Positions 19,644-30,885 are shown, counted from the stretch's first letter. The stretch: 64,000 nt of DNA from Clostridia bacterium (GCA_050251575.1 JBFWMP010000001.1:7913-71912), one strand, 5' to 3'. The notes: a model not told the origin generated them from the sequence alone. Numbers and translations are program-made.

Positions 19644-19683
19644 ATTATTATTAATTACTAATTAATTTTTGGAGGTTGATTCT

Positions 19684-21144
19684 ATGGTCAATACACAAGT
19701 CCGCACCCGCTTCGCTCCCAGTCCTACAGGATATATGCATGTAGGAAATCTTCGGACTGCTCTATATGCTTATCTTTTAACAAAAAATAAAAATGGAAAA
19801 TTCATACTTAGAATTGAAGATACAGATCAAGAAAGATATGTAGACGGCGCAATAGATGTGATATATAAGACACTTGCCGAAACAGGACTCAAGCATGATG
19901 AAGGTCCCGACGTCGGCGGAGATTATGGTCCTTATATACAAAGCGAAAGAAAGTCTCTTTATAAGGAATATGCAGAAAAGCTCATTGAATTGGGTGGTGC
20001 CTATTACTGTTTTTGCGATAAAGAAAGATTGGAGCAATTAAAGCATCAAGAAGAATCATCAAAATCACCTTCAAAGTATGACGGATACTGCAGCCGTTTG
20101 TCTAAAGAAGAAATTCAACAAAAACTTAAAAGCGGTATTCCTTATGTCATTAGGCAGAAAATTTCTGCTGAAGGCGTAACTACCTTCCATGACGAAGTTT
20201 TTGGCGCTATCAGTGTGGAAAACAGCACTTTAGATGATAACGTACTTCTGAAATCCGATGGCTTGCCTACCTATAACTTCGCCAATGTAATAGATGATCA
20301 CTTGATGAATATTACCCATATCATCAGAGGAAGTGAATATCTATCTTCTACTCCAAAATACAACCTTTTATATGAGGCTTTTGGATGGGAAATCCCTGCT
20401 TACATTCATGTTCCTCCCGTGATGAAAACTGCCTCTAAAAAGCTTAGCAAACGTGAAGGCGATGCCTCTTACGAAGATTTTATTGAAAAAGGATATCTCA
20501 AACAAGCAGTTATTAATTATATCGCTTTATTGGGTTGGAGTCCTGGAAATGATAAGGAAATATTCTCTTTAGACGAGTTGGTTGAAGCATTTCATATTGA
20601 AGGCATCAATAAGGCTCCTGCCATTTTTGATGTACAGAAACTGGAATGGTTAAACGGCGAATATATCAGAATGTTATCTTTGGATGAGTTCCACAGCCTG
20701 GTCCTACCGTACTATAAAAAGGCTATAACCAATCCAAATATTGATCTATATAAAATAAGCAAGCTTGTACAGGCTAGAACAGTAAAATTTATTGATATTA
20801 TTGAAATGCTGGATTTTATTGATACGCTTCCTGAATACAGCACAGAATTATATATACATAAAAAGATGAAAACTACTCCTGAGAATTCGTTAGAGAACTT
20901 GAAAGCTGTCCTGCCGATATTTGAGGGCATAAATGATTGGAATGAGGAAAGTATACATAACGCCACGTTCTCCTTAATCGAAAAGATGGGTGTAAAGAAT
21001 GGTCAAGTACTATGGCCGATTCGCGTAGCATTATCCGGCAAGCCATCTACTCCCGGCGGCGGTATTGAGATTGCTGACTTGCTTGGGAAAGAAGAGAGTA
21101 TCATAAGAATCAAAAAGGGTATCGAGCTGTTAGAAAAAGGCTAA
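19684..21144 (+). CDS. gltX: Glutamate--tRNA ligase
   Basis: [16 protein letters not shown] (HIGH), LRIEDTD, KLSKR (KMSKS); GGAGG SD before ATG 19684. Confidence 0.96.
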   Translation: MVNTQVRTRFAPSPTGYMHVGNLRTALYAYLLTKNKNGKFILRIEDTDQERYVDGAIDVIYKTLAETGLKHDEGPDVGGDYGPYIQSERKSLYKEYAEKLIELGGAYYCFCDKERLEQLKHQEESSKSPSKYDGYCSRLSKEEIQQKLKSGIPYVIRQKISAEGVTTFHDEVFGAISVENSTLDDNVLLKSDGLPTYNFANVIDDHLMNITHIIRGSEYLSSTPKYNLLYEAFGWEIPAYIHVPPVMKTASKKLSKREGDASYEDFIEKGYLKQAVINYIALLGWSPGNDKEIFSLDELVEAFHIEGINKAPAIFDVQKLEWLNGEYIRMLSLDEFHSLVLPYYKKAITNPNIDLYKISKLVQARTVKFIDIIEMLDFIDTLPEYSTELYIHKKMKTTPENSLENLKAVLPIFEGINDWNEESIHNATFSLIEKMGVKNGQVLWPIRVALSGKPSTPGGGIEIADLLGKEESIIRIKKGIELLEKG

Positions 21145-21185
21145 TGATAAAAATGGGGCGCTAAAGCGCCCCATTTTTATCATTA
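21142..21185. terminator. Bidirectional terminator between convergent gltX and glnS
   Basis: Perfect 20-bp stem TAATGATAAAAATGGGGCGC, 4-nt loop; includes both stop codons. Confidence 0.85.
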
Positions 21186-22886
21186 TTCCGGTTTGTATGA
21201 ACTTTTCATTGATACAATTCTGTTAAACACTAATTTATCTGCATTACTGTGTTTAGAATCTACACAGTAATATCCATTTCTCAAAAATTGAAACTGCTCG
21301 CCGGCAGCAGCTTGTTCTAAGGCAGGCTCCACAAAGCCTTCCAAAACCTCCAGTGAATTCGGATTCAAATTCATCCCATCCATAAGGGTTGCATCCGCCT
21401 CTGCAGCTTGCTCTTCTTCGAGAAAAAGATGCTCATATAACCTAAATTCCGCCTTCACGGCATGCGCAGCAGAAACCCAATGTATTGTACCCTTTACCTT
21501 CCTACCGGTGAATCCGCTTCCGCTTCGTGTCTCCGGATCATAAGTACAACGCAGCTCTATCACTTCTCCTGTTTCTTCATCCTTTATTACTTCTTCACAT
21601 CTTATAAAATAAGCATTCATTAATCTCACTTCATTGCCGGGGAACAGACGGAAAAACTTCTTAGGAGGGTTCTCCATAAAATCTTCCTGTTCAATATAAA
21701 TCTCCCTGGAAAATGGCATCTTTCTGGTTCCCATTTCAGGATTTTCTTGATTATTTTCAGCATTCATATATTCAACCTGATCTTTAGGATAATTGGTAAT
21801 TACAATTTTCAAAGGATTTACAATCGCCATCATACGGGACTGTTTCAATTTCAAATCTTCTCTGATACAGTATTCTAATAATTGAATATCCACGGTACTG
21901 ATTCTTTTTGCTATTCCAATCTTATCACAAAAGTCTTTAATCGCTTCAGGTGTATATCCTCTCCGTCTTAGGCCGGATATAGTCGGCATCCTCGGATCAT
22001 CCCATCCATCCACATATTGCTCTTCAACAAGCTTCCTGAGTTTTCTCTTGCTCATCACAGTATTGGTAAGCTCCAACCTGGCAAATTCAATTTGCTTGGG
22101 TGGATTTTTATATTCCAATTCTATAAGTACCCAATCATATAATGGGCGATGATCCTCAAACTCCAGGGTACATATGGAATGAGTAATATTCTCTATTGCA
22201 TCCGATATAGGATGCGCATAATCATACATGGGATAAATACACCAAGTGTTGCCGGTTCTGTGGTGGTTTGCACGAGTAATCCGATAGATAACCGGATCTC
22301 TCATATTCATATTAGGGGAAGTCATATCAATTTTCGCTCTCAGCACACGGGCACCATCCTCAAATTCCCCTTCCCGCATTCTTTTAAACAAGTCGAGGTT
22401 TTCATCTACAGAGCGGCTGCGGTATGGACTTTCCTTCCCTGGTTCAGTCAGTGTTCCACGGTACTGCCGGGTTTCTTCTGCTGTCAAATCACAAACATAC
22501 GCTTTTCCTTTTTTAATCAGCTTAACAGCACAATCGTACAACTGCTCAAAATAATCTGAAGCATAAAACATACGATCTTCCCAATCAAATCCTAACCACT
22601 GAACATCTTGCTTAATAGATTCAATATACTCTACATCTTCTTTAACAGGATTTGTATCATCAAACCTTAAATTACAAAGACCATTATATTTTCTTGCAGT
22701 CCCAAAGTTAAGGCAAATTGATTTGGCATGTCCAATATGGAGATATCCGTTAGGCTCCGGTGGAAACCTTGTATGAACATTACTATAAACACCTTCTTCC
22801 AAGTCCTTGTCAATTATATTATGAATGAAATTAGCGCCTATATTAGAACTATTTAATTCATTATCCATATTTTCATTGTCAGTCAT
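21183..22886 (-). CDS. glnS: Glutamine--tRNA ligase
   Basis: [50 protein letters not shown]. Confidence 0.96.
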   Translation of the reverse strand: MTDNENMDNELNSSNIGANFIHNIIDKDLEEGVYSNVHTRFPPEPNGYLHIGHAKSICLNFGTARKYNGLCNLRFDDTNPVKEDVEYIESIKQDVQWLGFDWEDRMFYASDYFEQLYDCAVKLIKKGKAYVCDLTAEETRQYRGTLTEPGKESPYRSRSVDENLDLFKRMREGEFEDGARVLRAKIDMTSPNMNMRDPVIYRITRANHHRTGNTWCIYPMYDYAHPISDAIENITHSICTLEFEDHRPLYDWVLIELEYKNPPKQIEFARLELTNTVMSKRKLRKLVEEQYVDGWDDPRMPTISGLRRRGYTPEAIKDFCDKIGIAKRISTVDIQLLEYCIREDLKLKQSRMMAIVNPLKIVITNYPKDQVEYMNAENNQENPEMGTRKMPFSREIYIEQEDFMENPPKKFFRLFPGNEVRLMNAYFIRCEEVIKDEETGEVIELRCTYDPETRSGSGFTGRKVKGTIHWVSAAHAVKAEFRLYEHLFLEEEQAAEADATLMDGMNLNPNSLEVLEGFVEPALEQAAAGEQFQFLRNGYYCVDSKHSNADKLVFNRIVSMKSSYKPE

Positions 22887-22972
22887 TTAACATTACTCCT
22901 TATCGTTTTTTGCTTGTAAATCATTATATAGTGCAGCATCACAAATTTCAAGCCTTTTAAGTATTATAACTA

Positions 22973-23461
22973 TTAATATCCGCCTTGACCTGTGAGCGAA
23001 TCATCATTGTCAATCCACTCTTGCACCTCTGTTACCCTGAACAATTCTTTAGTATCTCTTATAACCACTTTTTCAATTCCTGCATTAATAATCAACCTCT
23101 TGCACATTGCGCATGAATTTGCATTCTGAACAAACTCACCTGTTTTTTTATCCACTCCAACAAGATATAATGTCGCACCAAGCATATCTTTTCTTGAGGC
23201 ACTCATAATACTATTTGCCTCCGAATGAACAGAACGACACAACTCATACCGCTCGCCTCGTGGCACATTTAGTTGCTCTCTCATGCAAAAGCCAAGATCA
23301 CTGCAATTTTTTCTTCCCCTAGGCGCTCCGGTGTATCCTGTCGATATAATCTCATCATTTTTTACAATAATGGCACCATAATTTCTCCGCAAACAGGTCC
23401 CTCTTTCCAATACGGTTTCCGCAATATCAAGATAATAATTATGTTTGTCTCTTCTTTCCAT
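22973..23461 (-). CDS. dCMP deaminase-family (Zn) deaminase
   Basis: TCLRRNYGAII, STGYTGAP, VHSEAN, SCAMCKR. Confidence 0.85.
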   Translation of the reverse strand: MERRDKHNYYLDIAETVLERGTCLRRNYGAIIVKNDEIISTGYTGAPRGRKNCSDLGFCMREQLNVPRGERYELCRSVHSEANSIMSASRKDMLGATLYLVGVDKKTGEFVQNANSCAMCKRLIINAGIEKVVIRDTKELFRVTEVQEWIDNDDSLTGQGGY

Positions 23462-23545
23462 AATTCCTGCCTCCACATTCTTATCTATTGTTAAATAATT
23501 ATATCATAAGTGCTGTCATTTTAAATTTATTTTTACCAAAAACAG

Positions 23546-23585
23546 CAATAAAAATGGCACTGCAAGTGCAGCACCATTCTTATTG
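23546..23585. terminator. Terminator hairpin after the GntP permease gene
   Basis: CAATAAAAATGGCACTGCA-AG-TGCAGCACCATTCTTATTG. Confidence 0.6.
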
Positions 23586-23604
23586 TTTGTATAAGCTGTG
23601 TCTA

Positions 23605-24987
23605 CTATAGTCCCGGTAAAATTCCCACAAACATATTTAATATCAATACAACGGCAAATCCTGTAACCCCGGCAATTGTTCCGCCTACCGTCCAACACTT
23701 CATTGTATCCTTGATTCCAAAGTTTGCAAATCTACTTACAACCCAGAAACCAGAATCATTAGGCAGTGAGATTCCTACACCACCACAGCATATTGCAAGT
23801 CCTACTAAGATAGGAGAAGCACCCATCTGTGCAGCAACAGGCGCCAATATAGCAGATGTAGTTACCAAAGCAACTGTAGTGGAACCCTGTGCAGCTCTCA
23901 GCACCTGACTTAATATAAAAGCCAAAACGATTACTGAAACATTCCATCCACTTAAAGTATCTACAATATATTTACCTATTCCTGTAGCATTGATAACATT
24001 CCCTAGTGCTCCGCCTGCTCCTGTAATAAGGAATATCATTCCTGCAGATTTTCCTGCATCTACCATGATTTCTTCCAACGGTTTCTTGAAATATTTCTTC
24101 AGCAGCAAAACTGCTACGATTACGCCTATCAAAAGTGCGATGTTTTTATCCCCTAGAAATGTAAAAATAGGCATAGATGCTGAATCCTTAGGAAGCACCA
24201 TAGACATTACTGTTCCCATCAGTATCAAAACGATTGGGAATAAGAGTACAAAAATCGCAAGAGAGCCTGATGGCTTGTTTTGGTTACCAGTATTCTCTTT
24301 GTATTCAGATGCGGTTTCTTCTAGTGATGCTGCCGCTTGTTCTGCTGCATCACTAATCAAAGCATCGGTCTTGCCTTTCCCTAAATACATACCATAGATC
24401 CAACCACCCAATAATGATGCCGGCAAAGCAACAATCAGTGAATATAGTAAAAAGAACCCCATATTTGCAGACATGTTTCCTGCTACGGCCACTGGGCCTG
24501 GAGTAGGTATAACCAATGAATGGGTCACTATTAACCCAACTGCCAAAGATGTGGCATAAGTAATAAGAGGTGTCTTTGTCTTTTTCGCTAACTGCTTTGC
24601 TAGCGAAATCAAGATAACAAAGGCAGCATCAAAAAAAACCGGAATAGAAATAAGGGCACCAGTAAGATTCATCGCAAGAGGAGAGTTCTTTATCCCTACC
24701 GCCTTAACCATCTTATTTGCGATTTGCTCAGTTCCACTAGCCTCAGATAATATTTGTCCTAAAACAATACCTAATCCGATAATAATTCCGATTCCTTTTA
24801 GAGTATTACCGAAGCCGGTAGCCGCGGTATTAGGTATTTCCCCAATAGGCATCCTAGCTAATAAACCGATAAAGATGGCCGCCATAAGTAATACAAGAAA
24901 TGGATTGATGCGAAACTTAATGATGGATACTAATACAAAAGCTATTCCAACCAAGAAGATGACCAACAACATAGGACCTGTAACCAT
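23605..24987 (-). CDS. GntP-family sugar-acid:H+ symporter
   Basis: SIPVFFD, IPTPGP, ITGAGG, RAAQGSTTVA, PNDSGFW. Confidence 0.9.
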   Translation of the reverse strand: MVTGPMLLVIFLVGIAFVLVSIIKFRINPFLVLLMAAIFIGLLARMPIGEIPNTAATGFGNTLKGIGIIIGLGIVLGQILSEASGTEQIANKMVKAVGIKNSPLAMNLTGALISIPVFFDAAFVILISLAKQLAKKTKTPLITYATSLAVGLIVTHSLVIPTPGPVAVAGNMSANMGFFLLYSLIVALPASLLGGWIYGMYLGKGKTDALISDAAEQAAASLEETASEYKENTGNQNKPSGSLAIFVLLFPIVLILMGTVMSMVLPKDSASMPIFTFLGDKNIALLIGVIVAVLLLKKYFKKPLEEIMVDAGKSAGMIFLITGAGGALGNVINATGIGKYIVDTLSGWNVSVIVLAFILSQVLRAAQGSTTVALVTTSAILAPVAAQMGASPILVGLAICCGGVGISLPNDSGFWVVSRFANFGIKDTMKCWTVGGTIAGVTGFAVVLILNMFVGILPGL

Positions 24988-25057
24988 TGAAATCCCTCCA
25001 TTTTAAATTATTTAGTGGCCTTGCTAAGAAAGTGACTAGTATGCGCCCCCTCTCAAT

Positions 25058-25136
25058 TAGTAGTTTTATTTTTACTATTCCTATATACCAGTAGTGTTTC
25101 TGCTACTATTATATAAATATAGTATAATAAAGTCAA
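25058..25136 (-). promoter_or_regulatory. Internal promoter of the permease (TTGACT-17-TATAAT) with two downstream GTAGT...ACTA palindromes
   Basis: -35 at 25131-25136, -10 at 25108-25113; imperfect palindromes near 25058-25078 and 25089-25108. Confidence 0.5.
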
Positions 25137-25170
25137 TATAAAATATCCAAACAATCCTGCTTAACCATTG

Positions 25171-26025
25171 TTATATTTGTGACATTTTCACAAAGAACAG
25201 TAACATGTATCTTTTAACTACTGTTTTAATATACTCAATTTCCTTTAAAGAAAGTACTGAGAGATGGCTGCTTTTTTCTCCATTCAGCAGCTCTTTAATT
25301 TTTTCTACAGTATATACAGATATCTCTGTATTGACATTAATTTTACAGATGCCATTCTTTATACATTCCTTAATAACAGCTTCCGGGGTGCCTGATCCTC
25401 CATGTAATACCAATGGCAACTCAATTCTGGAAGCAATTTGCTTTAATACCTCTATATTTATCTTTGGTTCACCCTTATACATTCCATGAACCGTACCTAT
25501 GGATACTGCCAAAGCATCAATACCTGTAGCTTTTACAAATTCTTCTGCCTGTGCTGCATTCGTATAAATCTCTTGTTCGTGTCCGCTTCCTTCATTTGAG
25601 CCTTCTCCTCCTGCTAAACAACCAAGTTCTGCTTCTACCGATACACCTGTGGCATGAGCAACTTCTACTATCTTCTTAGTATTGTTCAGATTTTCTCGGA
25701 AGCTTAAAGCAGATCCATCATACATGACAGAAGTAAAGCCTGCTCTAATTGCCTTAAAAATATTCTCCAATGACTTGCAATGGTCAAGATGCAGAACTAT
25801 TGGAATATCTGTATCTTCCGTCAAGGACCTTACAATGGCATACACCGTGGCAAAATCCATATTTTTTAGATATTGCTCTCCAAAGGCAATAATTGCAGGT
25901 ATTCTAGATTCTTTTGCAGATTCTATAACTCCTTTTATTGTTTCATAATTATATATATTAAATGAACCTACCGCATAGTTTTGCTTTTTTGCATCCTCTA
26001 ATACAGATGCTAAGTTCACTATCAT
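25171..26025 (-). CDS. Class II ketose-bisphosphate aldolase family protein (start ATG 26025, ATGA overlap)
   Basis: YAVGSFN, LHLDH, GFTSVMYDGS, VEAELG, SIGTVHG, LVLHGGSG, KINVNT. Confidence 0.9.
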   Translation of the reverse strand: MIVNLASVLEDAKKQNYAVGSFNIYNYETIKGVIESAKESRIPAIIAFGEQYLKNMDFATVYAIVRSLTEDTDIPIVLHLDHCKSLENIFKAIRAGFTSVMYDGSALSFRENLNNTKKIVEVAHATGVSVEAELGCLAGGEGSNEGSGHEQEIYTNAAQAEEFVKATGIDALAVSIGTVHGMYKGEPKINIEVLKQIASRIELPLVLHGGSGTPEAVIKECIKNGICKINVNTEISVYTVEKIKELLNGEKSSHLSVLSLKEIEYIKTVVKRYMLLFFVKMSQI

Positions 26026-27125
26026 CTTCTTACACCTTCCAACCATTTTCTAAACTCTTCCATTTCAAGAACTTCAGGATTTATAATAAATCTAGGGTTT
26101 TCATTCTTAAACAGCCTCAAGATATCTTCCATTAGAAGAATAGGCGAATTGGACAAAGCATCGGAAGTTGTTCCCGCAATATGCGTGGTGAGCGTAACAT
26201 TATCCAGCTGTAAAAACTCACTATCTTCCGGGATAGGCTCAGTAGTAAATACATCCAACGCTGCACCTGCTATCTTCCTGTTTTTTAATGCATTAATTAA
26301 TGCTTGCTGGTCTATAAGACCTGCTCTGCCGGTATTTATAACATAGGCTGTAGGCTTCATCAGAGAAAACTCTTTTTCTCCTGCCATATTTTTATTTTCT
26401 TCAGTCAAACGTGCATGGAAAGAAATAAAATCACTCTCTTTAAAAAGTGTCTCTTTATCAACAAGCGTGTAGCCCGCCTGATTTACAGCTTCTTCTTTCA
26501 CATAAGGGTCATAAACTAATATGTTCACCTTGAAACCAGATAACTTTTGAGCTACTAATCTTCCAATATACCCAAACCCTACAATCCCAATAGTTCTCCC
26601 TTTTAACTCCGGAATAGAATCACCATTAGAGAAGACCTTTCTCCAAGAACCACTTTTTATTGCATAATGAGCTCTGGCAATATTTCTGCATTCTGCTAGC
26701 ATCATCCCTACCGCAAAGTCGGAAACAGCTTCTGCATTTCTTCCTTGAATATTAAAGACCAATATGCCCCGTTTTGTAGCTTCCGATACATTGACATTTT
26801 CAAGTCCGGCTCTGGAAACGCCTACAATATGCAAATTAGGCATATACTTAAAGGTTTTACTTGATACCGGAACAAAAAGTCCTAAAAGCATTGCGGCATC
26901 ATATCCCTGTTCCTGAATCAGCGGAGAAACCACCTCAATCTCAGGACCCGATTTTTCAACTTCTAACCTTCTATATTGAAGCTTCTCCCAGTTATCCTCC
27001 CAGTCTCCTACAACGATATCTTCCCCATATTCCGCCAGACACTTCTTCCAAGCTCCTTCAAAGCTTTTTCCGGGAATCATTGCATCTCCCATTAATATCG
27101 TTTTTACTTTCTGTGACATATACAT
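26022..27125 (-). CDS. D-isomer-specific 2-hydroxyacid dehydrogenase
   Basis: RAGLEN, GRNAEAV, GFGYIG, INTGRAG, AALDVF...EP, HIAG. Confidence 0.88.
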   Translation of the reverse strand: MYMSQKVKTILMGDAMIPGKSFEGAWKKCLAEYGEDIVVGDWEDNWEKLQYRRLEVEKSGPEIEVVSPLIQEQGYDAAMLLGLFVPVSSKTFKYMPNLHIVGVSRAGLENVNVSEATKRGILVFNIQGRNAEAVSDFAVGMMLAECRNIARAHYAIKSGSWRKVFSNGDSIPELKGRTIGIVGFGYIGRLVAQKLSGFKVNILVYDPYVKEEAVNQAGYTLVDKETLFKESDFISFHARLTEENKNMAGEKEFSLMKPTAYVINTGRAGLIDQQALINALKNRKIAGAALDVFTTEPIPEDSEFLQLDNVTLTTHIAGTTSDALSNSPILLMEDILRLFKNENPRFIINPEVLEMEEFRKWLEGVRR

Positions 27126-27157
27126 TACCTCCCAAAATATAAGTTAATTATCATTAA

Positions 27158-28678
27158 TCAAACGCTTGTTTTAAATATTTCATAGATGCCTCTCTCATTC
27201 AATGCATGATACAAAAGATTTTTTCGTCTTATTAGTTCTTTGTATTTAGATACCTCTTCCGGTATCGGCACAATATTGACAGCTTCACCCGACCCCATAT
27301 TTTCAAAAGCATCCTCATAATCGTTATAGACTCCTAGCCTTACTGCTGCTCCCATTGCGGCACCTAAAGAGGAAGCTTCACTATTCTGATATTTTATTAC
27401 AGGCTTATCAAATGCATTTGCCTGAATTTGATTAAATAGTGCGAATTTAGTCATGCCACCCGCTACGCTTACAGTATGAATATCTTCAACGTTCTTTTCT
27501 ATCAAAGAAATATTATCAGCAATTTCCATAGAAATTCCTTCTAATATTGCTCTAGACAGATCTCCTCTTTTTGTTCCCAAGGATAGATTGAAGGCAAGAC
27601 CCTTTGCCATAGGATTCCAGTAGGGTGCAGCACTGCCTTCAAAATGCGGCAATATCATGACTCCATTGGATCCAATGGGCGTTTGCAATACTTCTTGATC
27701 CAATACTTTATACTTTTCTTTCTCATCAAAATGGTTCTGATAGAATTGTTCTTTAAACCATCTGTATATAGAACCGGTGTTAAATATGCCTGCCTCTACA
27801 ATCCACTTCCCAGGAATAGCTGAAGCACTGCATATTGTTCTTATCTTTTCATCAAAGGCTGGCTTTTGTGAAAAAGCAATCACAAAAGAGCCCGTACCTG
27901 TATTTGCCTCGGCATATCCGGGTTTTATAATATTAAGTGCGATCGCTGCATTCTGTTGATCTCCACCTCCTATGATAATTGGAATGCCTTCCGTTAAGCC
28001 GGTCATCCCCGCCATTTCTTTTGTCAAACCTCCGACCTGTGTTCCCGGAGGACAAAGTTCAGGCAGTAACGAATCATCGATGCCACTTATCCTTAATAAA
28101 TCCTCATCCCATCTGAAATCATTAATATTCATCAGCATTGTCCTGGCCGCTTGTGTCCAATCTGTAATAAATCTTTTTGTTAGATGATAAATTACAAAAT
28201 CCTGCACTCCGATAAGCTTATAGGTTTGTTGATAAATATCTTTCCGGTGCTTCTTCAACCACAACATTTTAGGCAGCGAAAAGTATGGATTAATCTTCAA
28301 GCCGGTTTTCCTGTAAACGTCATGCTCATTAATGTGGACTTTTAACTCGCCGCACTGCTCAACACTTCTTTTATCCTGCCACATGATTGCATTGTATAAC
28401 GCCTGTCCATTTGCATCTACAGGAATAACGGATGCTCTCTGTGAAGTCACTGCTATTGCTAAAACACTGATATCATTTTTGACAATATATTGACAACAGT
28501 TCTTTAATGTCACTATTAGTGCATTTTGCCAAGTTGATGGTTCTTGTTCTACCAAATTCGGCGTTGTAAATATCGAGTGATATTCGGTGGATGATGAAAA
28601 AACAGAATTGCCGTTTAAATCATATAGAATGGATCTAAGGTTTGATGTCCCTACATCTATAGTTATAATATATTCCAT
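27158..28678 (-). CDS. FGGY-family carbohydrate kinase
   Basis: IDVGTSN, VEQEP, IMWQDKR, GGGDQQ, TGTGS, AILEG, VAGG. Confidence 0.9.
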   Translation of the reverse strand: MEYIITIDVGTSNLRSILYDLNGNSVFSSSTEYHSIFTTPNLVEQEPSTWQNALIVTLKNCCQYIVKNDISVLAIAVTSQRASVIPVDANGQALYNAIMWQDKRSVEQCGELKVHINEHDVYRKTGLKINPYFSLPKMLWLKKHRKDIYQQTYKLIGVQDFVIYHLTKRFITDWTQAARTMLMNINDFRWDEDLLRISGIDDSLLPELCPPGTQVGGLTKEMAGMTGLTEGIPIIIGGGDQQNAAIALNIIKPGYAEANTGTGSFVIAFSQKPAFDEKIRTICSASAIPGKWIVEAGIFNTGSIYRWFKEQFYQNHFDEKEKYKVLDQEVLQTPIGSNGVMILPHFEGSAAPYWNPMAKGLAFNLSLGTKRGDLSRAILEGISMEIADNISLIEKNVEDIHTVSVAGGMTKFALFNQIQANAFDKPVIKYQNSEASSLGAAMGAAVRLGVYNDYEDAFENMGSGEAVNIVPIPEEVSKYKELIRRKNLLYHALNERGIYEIFKTSV

Positions 28679-28721
28679 CTTGAACCCCCTGTTGCTATAA
28701 TAGATATGTTCTTGCGAAATG

Positions 28722-28805
28722 ATTGATGATTTTACTACGCATATAATTGTATTGATGAAGTTTTACTACTACATTTAGTATACTCTCTACATAGGATCAT
28801 GTCAA
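28722..28805 (-). promoter_or_regulatory. Kinase-operon promoter (TTGACA-17-TATACT) with repeated downstream operator-like motif
   Basis: -35 at 28800-28805, -10 at 28777-28782; ATTGATGA(AG)TTTTACTAC at 28722-28738 and 28751-28769. Confidence 0.6.
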
Positions 28806-28834
28806 CATGAAATTCCTAAAAATATAATAAAAAA

Positions 28835-28892
28835 TTAAAGGACGATTTGCGAGCTTTACATAGTTATGCAAAGTTTGCAAATCGTCCTTTAA
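28835..28892. terminator. Long hairpin downstream of the RpiR gene
   Basis: TTAAAGGACGATTTGC...GCAAATCGTCCTTTAA inverted repeat. Confidence 0.7.
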
Positions 28893-28903
28893 ATAGTTCT
28901 ATA

Positions 28904-29752
28904 TTAGGTTTTCTTTCCTGCAACAGCCAACCTGGATTGATTAACCTTTTTTATAGCCGCTGGTCCTATCTTCAATACCATAGCTACATAAAGCATATCA
29001 ATAACTACTAACTGTATAATCCTTGAAATCATGGCATCTGATCGATATGCTGTTTCATTGGTAGAACTTAGCAAAACTACATCAGCAATTTTCATTAAGG
29101 TTGAATGAGCATAACTGGTCATGGCTACTATTTTTGCCCCATTATTTCTTGCTAATTCTACTGCATCTAATATCTCCCGGCTTTCTCCCGAATGGGAAAC
29201 AGCAAAAATCAAATCTGATGAGGTAGTATGCGTACCTAGTATACTCATTATGTGAGAATCACTGCAAAAATTTACATTCAATGCTAATCTTATGAATTTA
29301 TGGAACGCATCTTCTGCAATAACACTAGACGCCCCTACCCCCAAAAATATAATTCTTTTTGCATTACTCATCAAATCAATCACTTTATTGAGCGATTGAT
29401 CATCTACAAGATTATGCAAATCTTGAACTGAACTCACTGTTAGCTGTATCACTTTTTTTTTGATTTCTCCCATCGTGTCATCAGGCGTAATCTCTTCATA
29501 AATCCCTTGAGTAGATTCAGCAGATATTTCTTGTGCCATTCTTACTCTGAAAACCTGATAAGAGTTGAAATCGAGCTTTCTGAGAAACCGCATGATAGTA
29601 GCTTCACTAGTAGAACATTTTTGAGCAAGGTCACCAATAGAAAATAAGATTACTCTATCAGGATAACTCAATACAAAATCAGCGATATTTTTCTGAGTAG
29701 GCGAAAGAGTATTATACTTTGTTCGTATAGTAGTAAAAAGCGTTCCCTCCAA
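28904..29752 (-). CDS. MurR/RpiR-family transcriptional regulator (HTH + SIS)
   Basis: LSPTQKNIADF, SEATIMRF, GVGAS, SHSGES. Confidence 0.92.
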   Translation of the reverse strand: MEGTLFTTIRTKYNTLSPTQKNIADFVLSYPDRVILFSIGDLAQKCSTSEATIMRFLRKLDFNSYQVFRVRMAQEISAESTQGIYEEITPDDTMGEIKKKVIQLTVSSVQDLHNLVDDQSLNKVIDLMSNAKRIIFLGVGASSVIAEDAFHKFIRLALNVNFCSDSHIMSILGTHTTSSDLIFAVSHSGESREILDAVELARNNGAKIVAMTSYAHSTLMKIADVVLLSSTNETAYRSDAMISRIIQLVVIDMLYVAMVLKIGPAAIKKVNQSRLAVAGKKT

Positions 29753-29783
29753 GGTTATTTTCCTCCTCTATCATACCTATGAT

Positions 29784-30416
29784 TTACTTCGTGCCAAAAA
29801 GTCTATCTCCTGCGTCTCCCAAACCAGGTACGATATATCCATGATCATTTAGCTTCTCATCTACTGCAGCACAATAAATCTCGACATCCGGGTGATCCTT
29901 TGAAACCCTGTCTACACCTTCTTGTGCAGCAAGGATACTCATAATCTTAATATTCGTAACCCCTCTGTCTTTAATAAACTGAATTGCTGCCGAAATAGAG
30001 CCTCCGGTCGCTAACATAGGGTCCACAATAATAATTTCTCTTTCCTGTACATCTGTAGGCAGCTTGCAATAATATTCCACCGGTTGAAGCGTCTCAGGAT
30101 CTCTAAAAAGACCAATATGCCCAACCTTAGCTGCAGGAATAAGCTTTAACATGCCGTCCACCATACCAAGACCTGCTCTAAGCACAGGAACAATCGCCAA
30201 CTTTTTACCCGATATTACTTTTGTCTTTGCAATAGCTACCGGCGTTTCAATTTCTACTTCTTTTAATGGTAAGTTCCTTGTGACTTCATACCCCATAAGC
30301 ATTGCAATTTCTTCGACAAGTTCTCTGAATTCCTTTACTCCTGTATTCACATCTCTTATTAGTGATACCTTATGTTGAATGAGAGGATGATCCATAATAA
30401 AAACATTCTTATTCAT
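29784..30416 (-). CDS. upp: Uracil phosphoribosyltransferase
   Basis: [44 protein letters not shown]. Confidence 0.98.
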   Translation of the reverse strand: MNKNVFIMDHPLIQHKVSLIRDVNTGVKEFRELVEEIAMLMGYEVTRNLPLKEVEIETPVAIAKTKVISGKKLAIVPVLRAGLGMVDGMLKLIPAAKVGHIGLFRDPETLQPVEYYCKLPTDVQEREIIIVDPMLATGGSISAAIQFIKDRGVTNIKIMSILAAQEGVDRVSKDHPDVEIYCAAVDEKLNDHGYIVPGLGDAGDRLFGTK

Positions 30417-30447
30417 CTCATATACTCCTGTCTTATATTAAATTAAA

Positions 30448-30885
30448 TTATTTCCCTTCTAATGAATGAATCTTATCTACTCTTGCTTGATGCCTGCCGC
30501 CTTGAAATTCCGCATTTAACCATGATTGGACTATTTCAGCTGCCAAACTTGGTCCCGTGACCCGTCCCCCTAATGCAATAACATTGGCATTGTTATGCTC
30601 CTTCGCCATCTTTGCAGAGAAACAGTCCCCGCATAAAGCAGCCCTGATTCCTTTTATCTTATTTGCAGCAATTGAAATCCCTATGCCTGTTCCACATATC
30701 AATATTCCCTTTTCACACTCACCGTTTAATACTGCCATACATACCGGATGAGCAATATCAGGATAATCTACTGAGTCAGGTCTATCTACACCAAAGTCCT
30801 TTAATTGATATCCTTGCTGCTGCAAATACTTCTTAATCTCTTCTTTAAGTTCAAATCCACCATGATCACTGCCAATAGCTATCAT
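30448..30885 (-). CDS. rpiB: Ribose 5-phosphate isomerase B
   Basis: IGSDHGG, VDYPD, CGTGIG, HNNAN, GGRH. Confidence 0.95.
   Translation of the reverse strand: MIAIGSDHGGFELKEEIKKYLQQQGYQLKDFGVDRPDSVDYPDIAHPVCMAVLNGECEKGILICGTGIGISIAANKIKGIRAALCGDCFSAKMAKEHNNANVIALGGRVTGPSLAAEIVQSWLNAEFQGGRHQARVDKIHSLEGK

Noticed and set aside
19547-19683. T-box riboswitch for gltX
   Set aside because: Leader is only about 130 nt and I could not find the T-box antiterminator consensus
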